Source of the DNA: Candidatus Limnocylindria bacterium
Lineage (GTDB): Bacteria > Chloroflexota > Limnocylindria > Limnocylindrales > CSP1-4
Assembly (NCBI GenBank): GCA_035637675.1
Contig: DASPWU010000186.1
Coordinates: 3,840-67,839 of the forward strand
Reading direction: 5' to 3'
Length of the DNA: 64,000 nt
The notes beneath the pieces were generated by a model that saw only the letters and a list, made by a program, of their open reading frames with translations, was not told the DNA's origin and did not search any database. Positions 1 to 8,629 of this stretch are shown here, piece after piece (positions within the stretch are counted from its first letter, which is position 1; each line of letters begins with the position of its first letter). The position numbers and the translations under genes were made by a program.

Positions 1-166
1 CATCCTCACTGACCGGCCCGCCGCCATCGCAGCCCGCTCATCCGCTGCTCGACCCGGGACGCCGCAGTGTACCAATGCGGCCAACTCAACCACGTACAGC
101 GCCGCGGCTGCCGGCCGGCTGTGGCTCCCCCCAGGCTCCGTACCTCCGACGGTGTCGGCCTTGACA

Positions 167-181
167 TCGAACACCCGTTCG
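167..181 (+). promoter_or_regulatory. LexA SOS box (Cheo-box type, TCGAAC-N4-GTTCG) about 30 nt upstream of the lexA start
   Basis: Sequence tcgaacacccgttcg matches the Gram-positive/actinobacterial GAAC-N4-GTTC LexA operator. It sits directly upstream of the lexA homolog (autoregulation). Confidence 0.7.
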
Positions 182-208
182 GTATCATGCAGGGGAAAGG
201 AGGCGCCC

Positions 209-859
209 GTGACCAGGCACGACGCCGAACGCAAGGTGAAGATCCTCGATTACATCGCGGCCACGCTGCGTGCTCGCGGCTATCCGCCCTCGGTTCGGGA
301 GATCGCCCGTGCGGTCGGCCTGGCCTCCACGTCCGCCGTCCACCACCACCTGCAGATGCTCGAGCGGGAGGGCTACCTGGAACGCGGCGCGGCCCAGTCT
401 CGGGCAATCCGGCTGACGCCCACGGCGGCGATTCATCTCGGCCTTGCCAGCGAGCTCGTTCCGCAGGCGGGCGCCGCCGACTCACGCGTCCTGCCGGTCA
501 TCGGCGAGGTCGCAGCCGGCGGTCCGATCGAGGCGTACCGTGACGCCTCGGAGACCCTCGCCGTGCCGGAGATGCTCGCGCCCAGCGGCGACGCATACGT
601 CCTCAAGGTCCGGGGCGACTCCATGATCGAGGCCCACATCGCCGATGGGGACTTCGTCCTGATCCGGCCGCAGTCCACGGCCCGGAACGGCGATATCGTC
701 GTCGCCCAGGTGGAGGAGAACGCGGTCACGCTGAAGCGGTTCTTCAAGGAAAAGGACAAGGTCCGGCTCAAGCCGGCCAATGCGGCGTACCCGGACCAGA
801 TCTATGACGACGTCCGGATCCAGGGCAAGCTCATCGGGGTCATCCGCCGGCTGGACTGA
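209..859 (+). CDS. lexA: LexA repressor (wHTH + S24 peptidase)
   Basis: Translation is KVKILDYIAATLRARGYPPSVREIARAVGLASTSAVHHHLQMLEREGYLER ... VRGDSMIEAHIADGDFVLIRPQ ... LKRF, with the HTH and Ser/Lys self-cleavage motifs. GTG at 209 is preceded by a GAAAGGAGG RBS. The table ORF at 152 would cover the SOS box. Confidence 0.9.
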   Translation: MTRHDAERKVKILDYIAATLRARGYPPSVREIARAVGLASTSAVHHHLQMLEREGYLERGAAQSRAIRLTPTAAIHLGLASELVPQAGAADSRVLPVIGEVAAGGPIEAYRDASETLAVPEMLAPSGDAYVLKVRGDSMIEAHIADGDFVLIRPQSTARNGDIVVAQVEENAVTLKRFFKEKDKVRLKPANAAYPDQIYDDVRIQGKLIGVIRRLD

Positions 860-872
860 TCGCACACGCCGT

Positions 873-962
873 CCAGTGGTCTGTCCACAGCTCTGTCCCC
901 TGGTCGGTCCACAGGTCTATCCACTGGGTCTCCACAGGTCAATCCACTGGGCATCCACAGTG
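873..962 (+). repeat. Cluster of five same-orientation TCCACAG-core motifs (DnaA-box-like) between lexA and dnaB
   Basis: Motifs ctGTCCACAg, cgGTCCACAg, gtCTCCACAg, gcATCCACAg plus two ATCCACTGG units lie within 90 bp. The high-GC DnaA box consensus is TTGTCCACA. Confidence 0.4.
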
Positions 963-1070
963 CGCCATGCGGCCGGCTCGAATCCCGTGGATGAATTCCG
1001 TCGATAAGCCTCTTATCGGCGCGCGCCGGCGACGCCACGATGGCGTGCATCCCTCCCGCCGGAGATTCGC

Positions 1071-2420
1071 GTGATCGATCGACTACCGCCGCAAAGCCTG
1101 GAAGCAGAGCAATCGATCCTCGGGGCCCTGCTCATCGACCGCGACGCGATCGTCGAGGTCGCCGACTTCCTCCGCCCGGAGGACTTCTACCGGCCGGCCA
1201 ACGGCGCGATCTACGCAGCGATCCTCGACCTTTACGAGCGCCGCGAGCCCGTCGACATCGTCACGGTCGCCGAGACGCTCGAGCGGACGGACCAGCTCGA
1301 GTCCGGCGGTGGCCGGACGTATCTGTCCAGCCTGGCCAACCAGACCCCGACCGCCGTTCACGCCGTGCCCTACGCCCGCATCGTCGAGCGCAAGGCGGTC
1401 CTCCGAAACCTGATCGCTGCGGCCGGCAAGATCGCGGGAATCGGCTACGAGGACCCGGCAGAGATCCAGGAGGCGATCGACCGGGCGGAGAGCGAGCTGT
1501 TCAACGTCAGCAATCGCCGGGTGACCGTCGGCTTCAGCCGGCTGGCCAAGCTCCTCCACGAGGCATACGACCGGCTCGACTACCTGCATGCCCATCGAGG
1601 CGAGATCAGCGGTATTCGAACGGGCTTCACGGACCTGGATGCGTTAACCACCGGCCTCCAGAAGAGCGACCTGATCATCATTGCTGCCCGCCCGTCGGTG
1701 GGCAAGACCAGCCTCGCTCTCAACGTCGCCGAGCACGCCGCGGTCCGCGACCGCAAGAGCGTGGGCATCTTCAGCCTGGAGATGAGCAAGGAGCAACTCG
1801 TGCTCCGCCTGCTGTCCAGCGTCGCGAACATCGATTCGCAGCGGCTGCGCACGGGCTTCCTGGAAGAGATGGACTTCGCCCGCATCGCGCCGGCGATGAA
1901 CGCCCTGTCGGAAGCGCCGATGTACATCGACGACACGCCCAGCATCTCCACGATGGAGCTGCGCACGAAGGCCCGCCGCCTGCAGGCTGAGTCCGGCCTG
2001 GATCTCCTCATCGTCGACTACCTGCAGCTCATGCAGGCGCCCACCAGCACGCGAGACGCCAACCGCGTCCAGGAGGTCTCGGAGATCAGCCGCGGGCTCA
2101 AGGCCCTGGCGAGGGAGCTGTCGGTGCCGGTCGTCGCCCTCTCCCAGCTGTCCCGGCAGCCGGAGATGCGCGAGAGCAAGGAGCCACGCCTGTCCGACCT
2201 GCGAGAGTCGGGTGCCATCGAGCAGGACGCGGACCTCGTGCTGTTCCTGTGGCGCGACAAGGAACGCGCCTCAGAGGACGGCGACCAGGAGGGCGAGGTG
2301 ATCAAGCTCAAGCTCGCCAAGCACCGCAACGGCCCCACCGGCGAGGTGGATCTCTGGTTCAAGAAGCGCCAGACCCGGTTCGTGAGCTACGCCGGAGAGC
2401 GCTATGCCGAGGCCGGCTGA
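1071..2420 (+). CDS. dnaB: Replicative DNA helicase DnaB
   Basis: N-term PPQSLEAEQSILGALLIDRDAI. Walker A GKTSLALN, then FSLEMS and a RecA-like C-terminal domain. GTG start with a GGAGA RBS. Confidence 0.92.
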   Translation: MIDRLPPQSLEAEQSILGALLIDRDAIVEVADFLRPEDFYRPANGAIYAAILDLYERREPVDIVTVAETLERTDQLESGGGRTYLSSLANQTPTAVHAVPYARIVERKAVLRNLIAAAGKIAGIGYEDPAEIQEAIDRAESELFNVSNRRVTVGFSRLAKLLHEAYDRLDYLHAHRGEISGIRTGFTDLDALTTGLQKSDLIIIAARPSVGKTSLALNVAEHAAVRDRKSVGIFSLEMSKEQLVLRLLSSVANIDSQRLRTGFLEEMDFARIAPAMNALSEAPMYIDDTPSISTMELRTKARRLQAESGLDLLIVDYLQLMQAPTSTRDANRVQEVSEISRGLKALARELSVPVVALSQLSRQPEMRESKEPRLSDLRESGAIEQDADLVLFLWRDKERASEDGDQEGEVIKLKLAKHRNGPTGEVDLWFKKRQTRFVSYAGERYAEAG

Positions 2421-2589
2421 CGCCGACGATACCTGGCGGCGAGCGGCCGCCGGTGACGAAGATCGCACCGAATTGGGCCTGAGTCTGCGATTCTATCGAC
2501 TATCCGCCCGTTGACACCGCGCGTATCCTCGCCTGCATGTCGGAAGGCCGCCCGGTCCCGGGAGCCGCGGCCACACCGCGGGGTGCACA

Positions 2590-2911
2590 CGTGGAGGACA
2601 GGGTGTACGAGGACCGGACACTGACCTGCCGGGACTGCAACGAGCAGTTCCTCTTTTCCGCCGGAGAGCAGGCCTTCTTCATGAGCAAGGGTCTCCAGCA
2701 CGACCCGCAGCGCTGCCCGACCTGCCGGGCGGTGGCCAAGCGCGCCAGGACCTCGGGAGGACCGCGCGAGTACCACACCGCGATCTGCGGCGACTGCGGT
2801 GGCCAGGCCACCGTGCCGTTCGCCCCCCGCAACGATCGGCCGGTGTACTGCAGCTCCTGCTTCGACAAGGTCCGCGCCGGGACGGCGAACGCGGCGACCG
2901 CGCCCGCCTGA
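2590..2911 (+). CDS. Tandem CxxC zinc-ribbon domain protein
   Basis: Two CxxC...CxxC pairs (CRDC...CPTC; CGDC...CSSC) with the F..S.GEQ.FF..KG motif. The start could be 2537 (table ORF) or GTG 2590. Confidence 0.6.
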
Positions 2912-3009
2912 CATTCGACCCCACCCGAGAAGCCGCCAAGGATTCCGCGGCCTAGACTTGCCGCCGGAGGCGGATCGTGACGGCCGCCCAGGCAGTGGAG
3001 GAGACGGCG

Positions 3010-3213
3010 ATGGGCGTCATCATCATCCGGGAGATGGTCGGCACGAGCCCGCGTTCGTGGAGCGATGCTGCTCGTCAAGCGGTCGCCACGGCCTCCAAGA
3101 CGGTCCGGAACATCAGGACCGTGGAGGTCGTGAAGTCGACCGCGATGGTCGACGAAAGCCAGATCGTGGAGTACCGGGTAGACCTCAAGATCGGCTTCGA
3201 GTACGAGGGCTGA
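3010..3213 (+). CDS. Dodecin (flavin-binding dodecameric protein)
   Basis: 67 aa, MGVIIIREMVGTSP..W.DAARQAVATASKTVRNIR..EVV......D..I.EYRVDLKIGFEYEG, matching the dodecin fold signature. ATG after a GGAGGAG RBS. The table ORF starts at GTG 2977. Confidence 0.75.
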   Translation: MGVIIIREMVGTSPRSWSDAARQAVATASKTVRNIRTVEVVKSTAMVDESQIVEYRVDLKIGFEYEG

Positions 3214-3290
3214 TCACGCATCGTCGGATGTCCACAGCGAGGGCCTCGCAGCTAAGCCGGAGGTGAGCCCCCGGCGCCACCATCCGACAC

Positions 3291-6200
3291 ATGGCTTCGT
3301 CCGAGCGCGGCTCATCCGGCACCCGGTCCGGTCGCGTTGACACGCGGGCAAACGGGTCCCTATCGTTCGACCCATCTGAAGCCACCACGTGCCCCGCCGG
3401 GTCACACGCAGCCGCCGAGCGCCGGCCCGTGCCGGTCGGCACCAGCGGTCCGACGATCGAATCATCCAGCCTCGTCCCGCGGACTGCCTCCGACGTGAAC
3501 GCCTTCCCGATCCACGCATCCAAGGTCCAGCGGCCAGCCCTCCGAGAAGAGACGCTCACGCGTCATCGACTTCTCGACTGGCTGAACGTCAAGATCCACC
3601 ATCGGCTGGTCCTGGTCACCGCAGAGGCTGGTTACGGGAAGACCACACTGCTGGCGGACTTTTCCGGTCGTACGAGGCTCCGGACGCTCTGGTATCGCCT
3701 CGATGAGGGCGATCGTGACTGGGTAACGGTTCTCAACTACCTCGTCGCGGCCGGCCGAGAGGTCGACCCGGAGTTCGCACCCACGACCTGGTCGATGCTC
3801 GGCGAGCTGGGCACAAGCGGCTCGTCGAAGGACGCGATCCTGGCGACCTTCATTCGAGAGTTGCAGTCGATCGGGGAGCGTGGCGCGGTGTTCGTCTTTG
3901 ACGATTACCACGCCGTCGAAGACCAGCCGGACGTCCAGCACATCATTCGCGAGATCGTCACGCAGGCGCCAGAGCGCCTTTCGATCGTCATCCTGACCCG
4001 GCGCCAGCCGGCGCTCCCGGTCGCAAGGCTCCGCGCGCTGGGGGAAGTCGCCGAGCTTACTCGCGAGGACCTTCGGTTCGACTCAGAGGAAACCGAGCGG
4101 TTGTTCCGAGAGACGTACGGCCGCCCACTCGAGTCCGACGTTCTGGAGGAGCTCGCTCGGCACACGGAGGGCTGGGCGGCGTCACTCCAGCTCGTGCAAT
4201 CCGCTCTCCGTGAGCGCACGAGTACGGAGACGCGCACGTTCATCCGTGCGCTGAGTGGCGCCCATGGAACGCTTCACGACTACCTGGCCGAGGAGGTGGT
4301 CGGCGAGCTCGACCCCTCCCTGCAGGCGTTTCTCATGCGCACGTCGATCCTGACGACGCTCGACGTCAGCACCGCAACGGTCGTCGCCTCGGTGCCGGAG
4401 GATGAGGCGCGCCGCCACTTCGAGTCCGCGGAACGAGTTGGGCTGCTGCCGCGCGCCGGACGATCGAGAGGCACGTATCACTATCACAAGCTCGTTCGCG
4501 ATTTCCTCCTGGACCGTCTCCGCCGCGAGGTTGGCGATGCCGGCATTGCCGACCTGCATCGCCGGATGGCGCGCTTTGGCGAGACCACCGATTGGAAGCT
4601 CGCGGCTCACCATTACGCCGCCGCGGGGGATATCGAGGATCTTCGCCGGGTCCTGGTGGCATCGATCCAGGACATCATGGGCGGTGGCGGCTTCGCACTG
4701 GCGGAGTCGTACGTCAACCGCTACCCGGACCTCGATCCCGATCCGTCCTTCGGATTGTTCCTCTCGCGTCGAGACATTTACCGCGGCGACTTCGCGATGG
4801 CCCGCGCCCGTGCGCAGGCCGCCGTGGACGCGTATCCTGCGGAGAAAGCCTCCCGAGAAGCGCAGCTGGCGCTAGCCAACCTGGCCTCGATCAAGCACCT
4901 GACTGGCGACATCGCGAGCGCCGTCTTGACCGCACGCCAACTGCAAGCTCTCCAGCCAGAACCCGCCGTGAGCATGATTGCGCGGGGAACGATTATCCTC
5001 GCTTCAGAGTCGCTCGACGGAGACTTGGAGGAGAGCGCGAGGATCTTCGATGAGGCCTTGGCGCTCCAATTGCGCCGCGGTCACGAACATTATCGCGGGA
5101 TCACGCTGCTCAACCTAGCCGAGACCAGTCGAGCGCGAGGACTCGCCCAGCAGGCGCTGACGCATTCGAACCAGGCGCTCGAATTGCTTGCAGCCTCTTC
5201 GGCCGGAGTCGAGATTTATACCCTTCATGCGACGAAGGCGTGGGCTCTTCATCACCTCGACAGAGGTGCGGAGGCGGCCGAAGCGCTGGCGCAGGCAGTG
5301 CCGCCGGTTGGCCCCGAACGAGCCATGATGTTGATCGAAAGCGCGGAGATCGAGGCATCCTACGGCGATCCGGATGTGGCAAGGCTCCTTCTCGACGAGG
5401 CTGCCAACCTCGACCTCCAGCCGGACGCGAATGACCTCCGACGCCTCGTTCTCGCAGACCTGACGAGCCGGACGGCACCGGACTCATCCGATTCCTTGAT
5501 GGTCGGTGTCGATCTTGCCCGTCCTCGCCCCACGGTTTCCTTTGTCGGCCGGACGCATCTGACACGCGCCAGGGCGGCCTTGAGGGCAGGGCAATCCACG
5601 CTGCCGGAACTCCAATTGGCGCTCGACGTGTTCGTGCGTCAGCGAGCCGACTACTGGACAAGATGCGCCGCGCTCGTCAAAGCCATCGCCGAATGCAGGC
5701 CGACCGATCTGGGTCCAACCATCGTGCGAATCTGCGGGTGGGAGCCAGTGTACGCAACCATCTGCGCGGACGAACTTGCGCTACGTCTGGGCGAGCTCGG
5801 CCAAGAGGCACAGGGCCTGCTTCGCGCGGAGGTGAGGCTGCGTCCACAGAGATGGCGTCCGGTGTTGCGTCGCGTCATGGACCGCGGCGAGAAGTCTTCC
5901 ATGCTCTTCGCGGCGGAATGCCTCGATGAAGTCGGCCAGATCCACGACATCGCACGTTTACGGGCGTTCGCGCGGCTCCACAGAGACTCGGCGACAGCGG
6001 GCCTTGGACGGGGCCTCGCTCGACGCCTCGCACCTCGTGCCCACGTGTTTGACCTGGGTCACGTGACGGTTCTGATCGGTGAGCGAAGAGTCGATGGATC
6101 ATCGATACGTCGGAAGGTGCTCACGTTGGCGTGCTTCCTGCTCACAAGACCAGGATTCACGGCCGCACGCGACCAGGTCCTCGAGGCCTTGTGGCCGGAT

Positions 6201-6746
6201 CTCGATCCAGGAGTTGCTGTCAATTCCCTAAATCAGACCGTCTACTTCCTTCGACGGGTCTTTGAGCCGCGCTACGTCGAAGATGAGTCCGCGAATTACC
6301 TCCACCACGATGGAGACGTGGTGCGCTTCGACGCCGAACTTGTCTCGAGTCAGAGCACCCTCTGCCGCGACCTGCTCGAGCAGGCTCGTAATACGCTGGA
6401 TCCCGATGAAATCGAGCAGGTGAGCACGAGTTACTCCGGGCGCTTCGCCGTCGATTTCGAATACGAGGACTGGGCATCGCCGTATCGCGAGACGCTGCAC
6501 GCCTTGTATCTCGACGTCATCGAGCAGGCGCTTCGGGCCGACTCGGATGCGGGGAGGTTTGATCGTGCTGGGAAACTCGCCCGACGCGCAATGGCGATCG
6601 ATGCGGAGGCCGCATCCCTAGAGGTCGCGCTTCTTCGTCTATATCGCCAGACAGGCTCTCACGCGGCCGCAGCAGAGCAGTACTCGCATTACTCGGCAGC
6701 CTCTCGAGACGAAGGAATTGAGCCGCCGCCGCTCGAGGGTCTATAA
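3291..6746 (+). CDS. STAND/MalT-like P-loop NTPase with C-terminal SARP-type DNA-binding domain (OmpR-like wHTH + BTAD)
   Basis: Walker A is LVTAEAGYGKTTLLADF, then a DDYH Walker B, a long helical/TPR-like middle, and a C-terminal trans_reg_C-like wHTH (RRKVLTLACFLLTRPG...VLEALWPDLD...NSLNQTVYFLRR) plus BTAD helices. The true start is probably internal (the ORF N-terminus is R/S-rich); GTG at about 3495 is a candidate. Confidence 0.75.
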   Translation: MASSERGSSGTRSGRVDTRANGSLSFDPSEATTCPAGSHAAAERRPVPVGTSGPTIESSSLVPRTASDVNAFPIHASKVQRPALREETLTRHRLLDWLNVKIHHRLVLVTAEAGYGKTTLLADFSGRTRLRTLWYRLDEGDRDWVTVLNYLVAAGREVDPEFAPTTWSMLGELGTSGSSKDAILATFIRELQSIGERGAVFVFDDYHAVEDQPDVQHIIREIVTQAPERLSIVILTRRQPALPVARLRALGEVAELTREDLRFDSEETERLFRETYGRPLESDVLEELARHTEGWAASLQLVQSALRERTSTETRTFIRALSGAHGTLHDYLAEEVVGELDPSLQAFLMRTSILTTLDVSTATVVASVPEDEARRHFESAERVGLLPRAGRSRGTYHYHKLVRDFLLDRLRREVGDAGIADLHRRMARFGETTDWKLAAHHYAAAGDIEDLRRVLVASIQDIMGGGGFALAESYVNRYPDLDPDPSFGLFLSRRDIYRGDFAMARARAQAAVDAYPAEKASREAQLALANLASIKHLTGDIASAVLTARQLQALQPEPAVSMIARGTIILASESLDGDLEESARIFDEALALQLRRGHEHYRGITLLNLAETSRARGLAQQALTHSNQALELLAASSAGVEIYTLHATKAWALHHLDRGAEAAEALAQAVPPVGPERAMMLIESAEIEASYGDPDVARLLLDEAANLDLQPDANDLRRLVLADLTSRTAPDSSDSLMVGVDLARPRPTVSFVGRTHLTRARAALRAGQSTLPELQLALDVFVRQRADYWTRCAALVKAIAECRPTDLGPTIVRICGWEPVYATICADELALRLGELGQEAQGLLRAEVRLRPQRWRPVLRRVMDRGEKSSMLFAAECLDEVGQIHDIARLRAFARLHRDSATAGLGRGLARRLAPRAHVFDLGHVTVLIGERRVDGSSIRRKVLTLACFLLTRPGFTAARDQVLEALWPDLDPGVAVNSLNQTVYFLRRVFEPRYVEDESANYLHHDGDVVRFDAELVSSQSTLCRDLLEQARNTLDPDEIEQVSTSYSGRFAVDFEYEDWASPYRETLHALYLDVIEQALRADSDAGRFDRAGKLARRAMAIDAEAASLEVALLRLYRQTGSHAAAAEQYSHYSAASRDEGIEPPPLEGL

Positions 6747-6803
6747 AGATAGGTAACCTGACGTATTGACCGGTGCGCTCCGGCGTCCCTATAGTCCGGC
6801 CCA

Positions 6804-6829
6804 CTTCCTAGTACTCCAGTACTAGGAAG
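6804..6829. promoter_or_regulatory. Perfect 12-bp-arm palindrome (cttcctagtact-cc-agtactaggaag) in the HD-GYP leader; candidate operator
   Basis: Exact inverted repeat, AT-richer than its surroundings, about 60 nt past the stop of the STAND regulator gene. No T-tract follows, so it is unlikely to be a terminator. Confidence 0.45.
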
Positions 6830-6905
6830 CAACGTTAAGACGCTCGGACGCGCAGAAGCACCACCTGAAATGGGCACTTAGGGTGGAGCGGAGCGAGTAG
6901 TGCAA

Positions 6906-6935
6906 CCGACCGACCTCATCAGTCAGGTCGGTTTT
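6906..6935 (+). terminator. Intrinsic terminator-like hairpin (ccgacc-N10-ggtcgg + TTTT)
   Basis: A GC stem, 10-nt loop and following TTTT lie about 160 nt after the regulator stop. It could terminate that gene or a small RNA. Confidence 0.45.
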
Positions 6936-7038
6936 CGTGTCTCTAGGAGGCAGGAAGGCCGTTAGGAGGAACGAGCGTGAACCCGGAGTCCAGTACCAAG
7001 CAGTGGTAGCCAGGACGGATCGATAGAGGGATCAACCG

Positions 7039-7128
7039 ATGAAGGTTCGGCTAGTTCGATTGGCCGTCACACTCGCGACCGTCGCCGCGACGGTTCTCGC
7101 GGGCGGAGGATCCCTGCGGGGCTTCTGA
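7039..7128 (+). CDS. 29-aa hydrophobic micro-ORF (MKVRLVRLAVTLATVAAVTLAGGGSLRGF); possible leader peptide or small membrane protein
   Basis: ATG preceded by AGAGGGA, 8 nt upstream. Below the 60-aa cut-off of the ORF table. Lies 74 nt upstream of the HD-GYP gene. Confidence 0.25.
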   Translation: MKVRLVRLAVTLATVAATVLAGGGSLRGF

Positions 7129-7201
7129 GTACATTGGTCCCATACCACCCTGAACGGAGGGACTGCTACAGTTCAGAGGTCGGGTAAGCGGATCGAAGGA
7201 C

Positions 7202-8626
7202 ATGCCCAGATCCCTGAAGCTCTATTACGTTTGGCTCGTGGCCTCCGGCGCAGTGGCGCTGCTGGTCACGAGCTATTCATTTTCCAGTCACGCTGGATTC
7301 ATGCTGGGAATGCGCCCGGAAATCGGTAAAGGCATTCCCATGGGACAGTCCGAAAAAGAGATTCAAGCCCTCGCCGGGTTGCTCTTCTGGACGGTCCTGT
7401 CACTCTTTGCGTCGGCGCTCCCCGTGCGCATGCCGCGTGGAACCGTCGTGTCCGTCAACACGGCACCCATCGTGGCGGCGATGGTTCTTGGCGGTCCGGT
7501 TGCCGCGGGATGGGTCGCCGCCCTCGGCACGACGGAACTCCGCGAGTTGCGTGGTCGAATCCCCTGGTATGGAACGCTCGTAAATCACGCCGGGATTGTT
7601 CTGCCCGCGACGATTGGGGGCCTCATCGCAGAGTTCCTCCGTTCCAGCGATACCGACCCCATGCGAATCTTCCTAGCGACGATGGCGGGGGCATCAGTGT
7701 TCTTCGCCCTGAACGTGATGATCACGGCTGTCGGGGTTGGCATTCGAGACGGACAATCAATTCGATCCATGGTTCTCGGCGAGACCAGAGCCTATGCAGC
7801 GAGTGTTTTCGCCCTGGCACCGCTTGCATGGCTAATGGCCGAGATTTTCAAGATCGCGAATGCAGGTTGGTGGGCGACGTTGCTGTTTGCGTTGCCCCTG
7901 TACACGACCCGTGTTGCGCATCACCGGTTCGTCGAGATGCGCGAGATGTTCACCCAGACGATCGAGAGCCTGGCGAACGCCGTGGACAAGCGCGATCCGT
8001 TCACCAGCAACCACTCCAAGCGGGTGATGCTCATCGCCAGCGACATCGGCCGCGAGATGAAGTGCAACGAGAACGAGATGGAGGCCCTGGAGTGGGGCGG
8101 CCTGCTCCACGACATCGGGAAGATCGGCGTGCGCGACGAGATCCTCCTCAAGCAGGAGAAGCTCACCCGTGAGGAACGGATCAAGATGAACGCGCACCCC
8201 GAGCTGGGGGCCGAGATCATCTCGCCCGTCCGCAAACTGGCACCGGAGTTGCCGATCATCCGTCATCACCATGAGTGGTACAACGGCTCCGGCTATCCGG
8301 ACAGGCTCATCGGCGACGAGATCCCGTGGCTGGCCCGGATCCTCCACGTGGCTGACGCGTTCGAGGCGATGACCGCCCAGCGCCCCTACCGGATGACGCC
8401 ACTGACCGTGGAGCAGGCACTCTCGGAGCTGCGCAAGTTCGCCGGCATCCAGTTCGATCCCGCGGTGGTGGACGCCTTCGTGCGGACCAACTGGGTGGAC
8501 GGCGTACCCGACCCTGGCCGGACCTTCCAGCCGCGCCCGATCCCACTGCTGGCCCAGGCGGCCGGCCGGATGACGCAGGCGACGGCCCTGGCGGAGCCCG
8601 GAGCGGCCCAGACCGACGTTCGCTAG
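7202..8626 (+). CDS. Membrane-anchored HD-GYP domain phosphodiesterase (c-di-GMP)
   Basis: About 7 N-terminal TM helices, then HD (LLHDIGK) and GYP (HHHEWYNGSGYPD) motifs. GAAGGA RBS. Confidence 0.85.
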   Translation: MPRSLKLYYVWLVASGAVALLVTSYSFSSHAGFMLGMRPEIGKGIPMGQSEKEIQALAGLLFWTVLSLFASALPVRMPRGTVVSVNTAPIVAAMVLGGPVAAGWVAALGTTELRELRGRIPWYGTLVNHAGIVLPATIGGLIAEFLRSSDTDPMRIFLATMAGASVFFALNVMITAVGVGIRDGQSIRSMVLGETRAYAASVFALAPLAWLMAEIFKIANAGWWATLLFALPLYTTRVAHHRFVEMREMFTQTIESLANAVDKRDPFTSNHSKRVMLIASDIGREMKCNENEMEALEWGGLLHDIGKIGVRDEILLKQEKLTREERIKMNAHPELGAEIISPVRKLAPELPIIRHHHEWYNGSGYPDRLIGDEIPWLARILHVADAFEAMTAQRPYRMTPLTVEQALSELRKFAGIQFDPAVVDAFVRTNWVDGVPDPGRTFQPRPIPLLAQAAGRMTQATALAEPGAAQTDVR

Positions 8627-8629
8627 CGC

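Noticed and set aside
6-485. 159-aa minus-strand ORF overlapping the lexA promoter and N-terminus
   Set aside because: R/P/G-rich translation with no motifs, antisense to a well-supported lexA. Typical high-GC spurious ORF.
961-1000. tRNA-like T-arm (ggctcgaatcccgtgg)
   Set aside because: No acceptor stem, anticodon arm or CCA-compatible context around it. Not a tRNA.
6841-7020. Possible c-di-GMP riboswitch (GEMM) in the HD-GYP leader
   Set aside because: I could not recognise the conserved GEMM-I/II core nucleotides by eye. Kept only as a generic 'structured leader' finding pending an Infernal scan.
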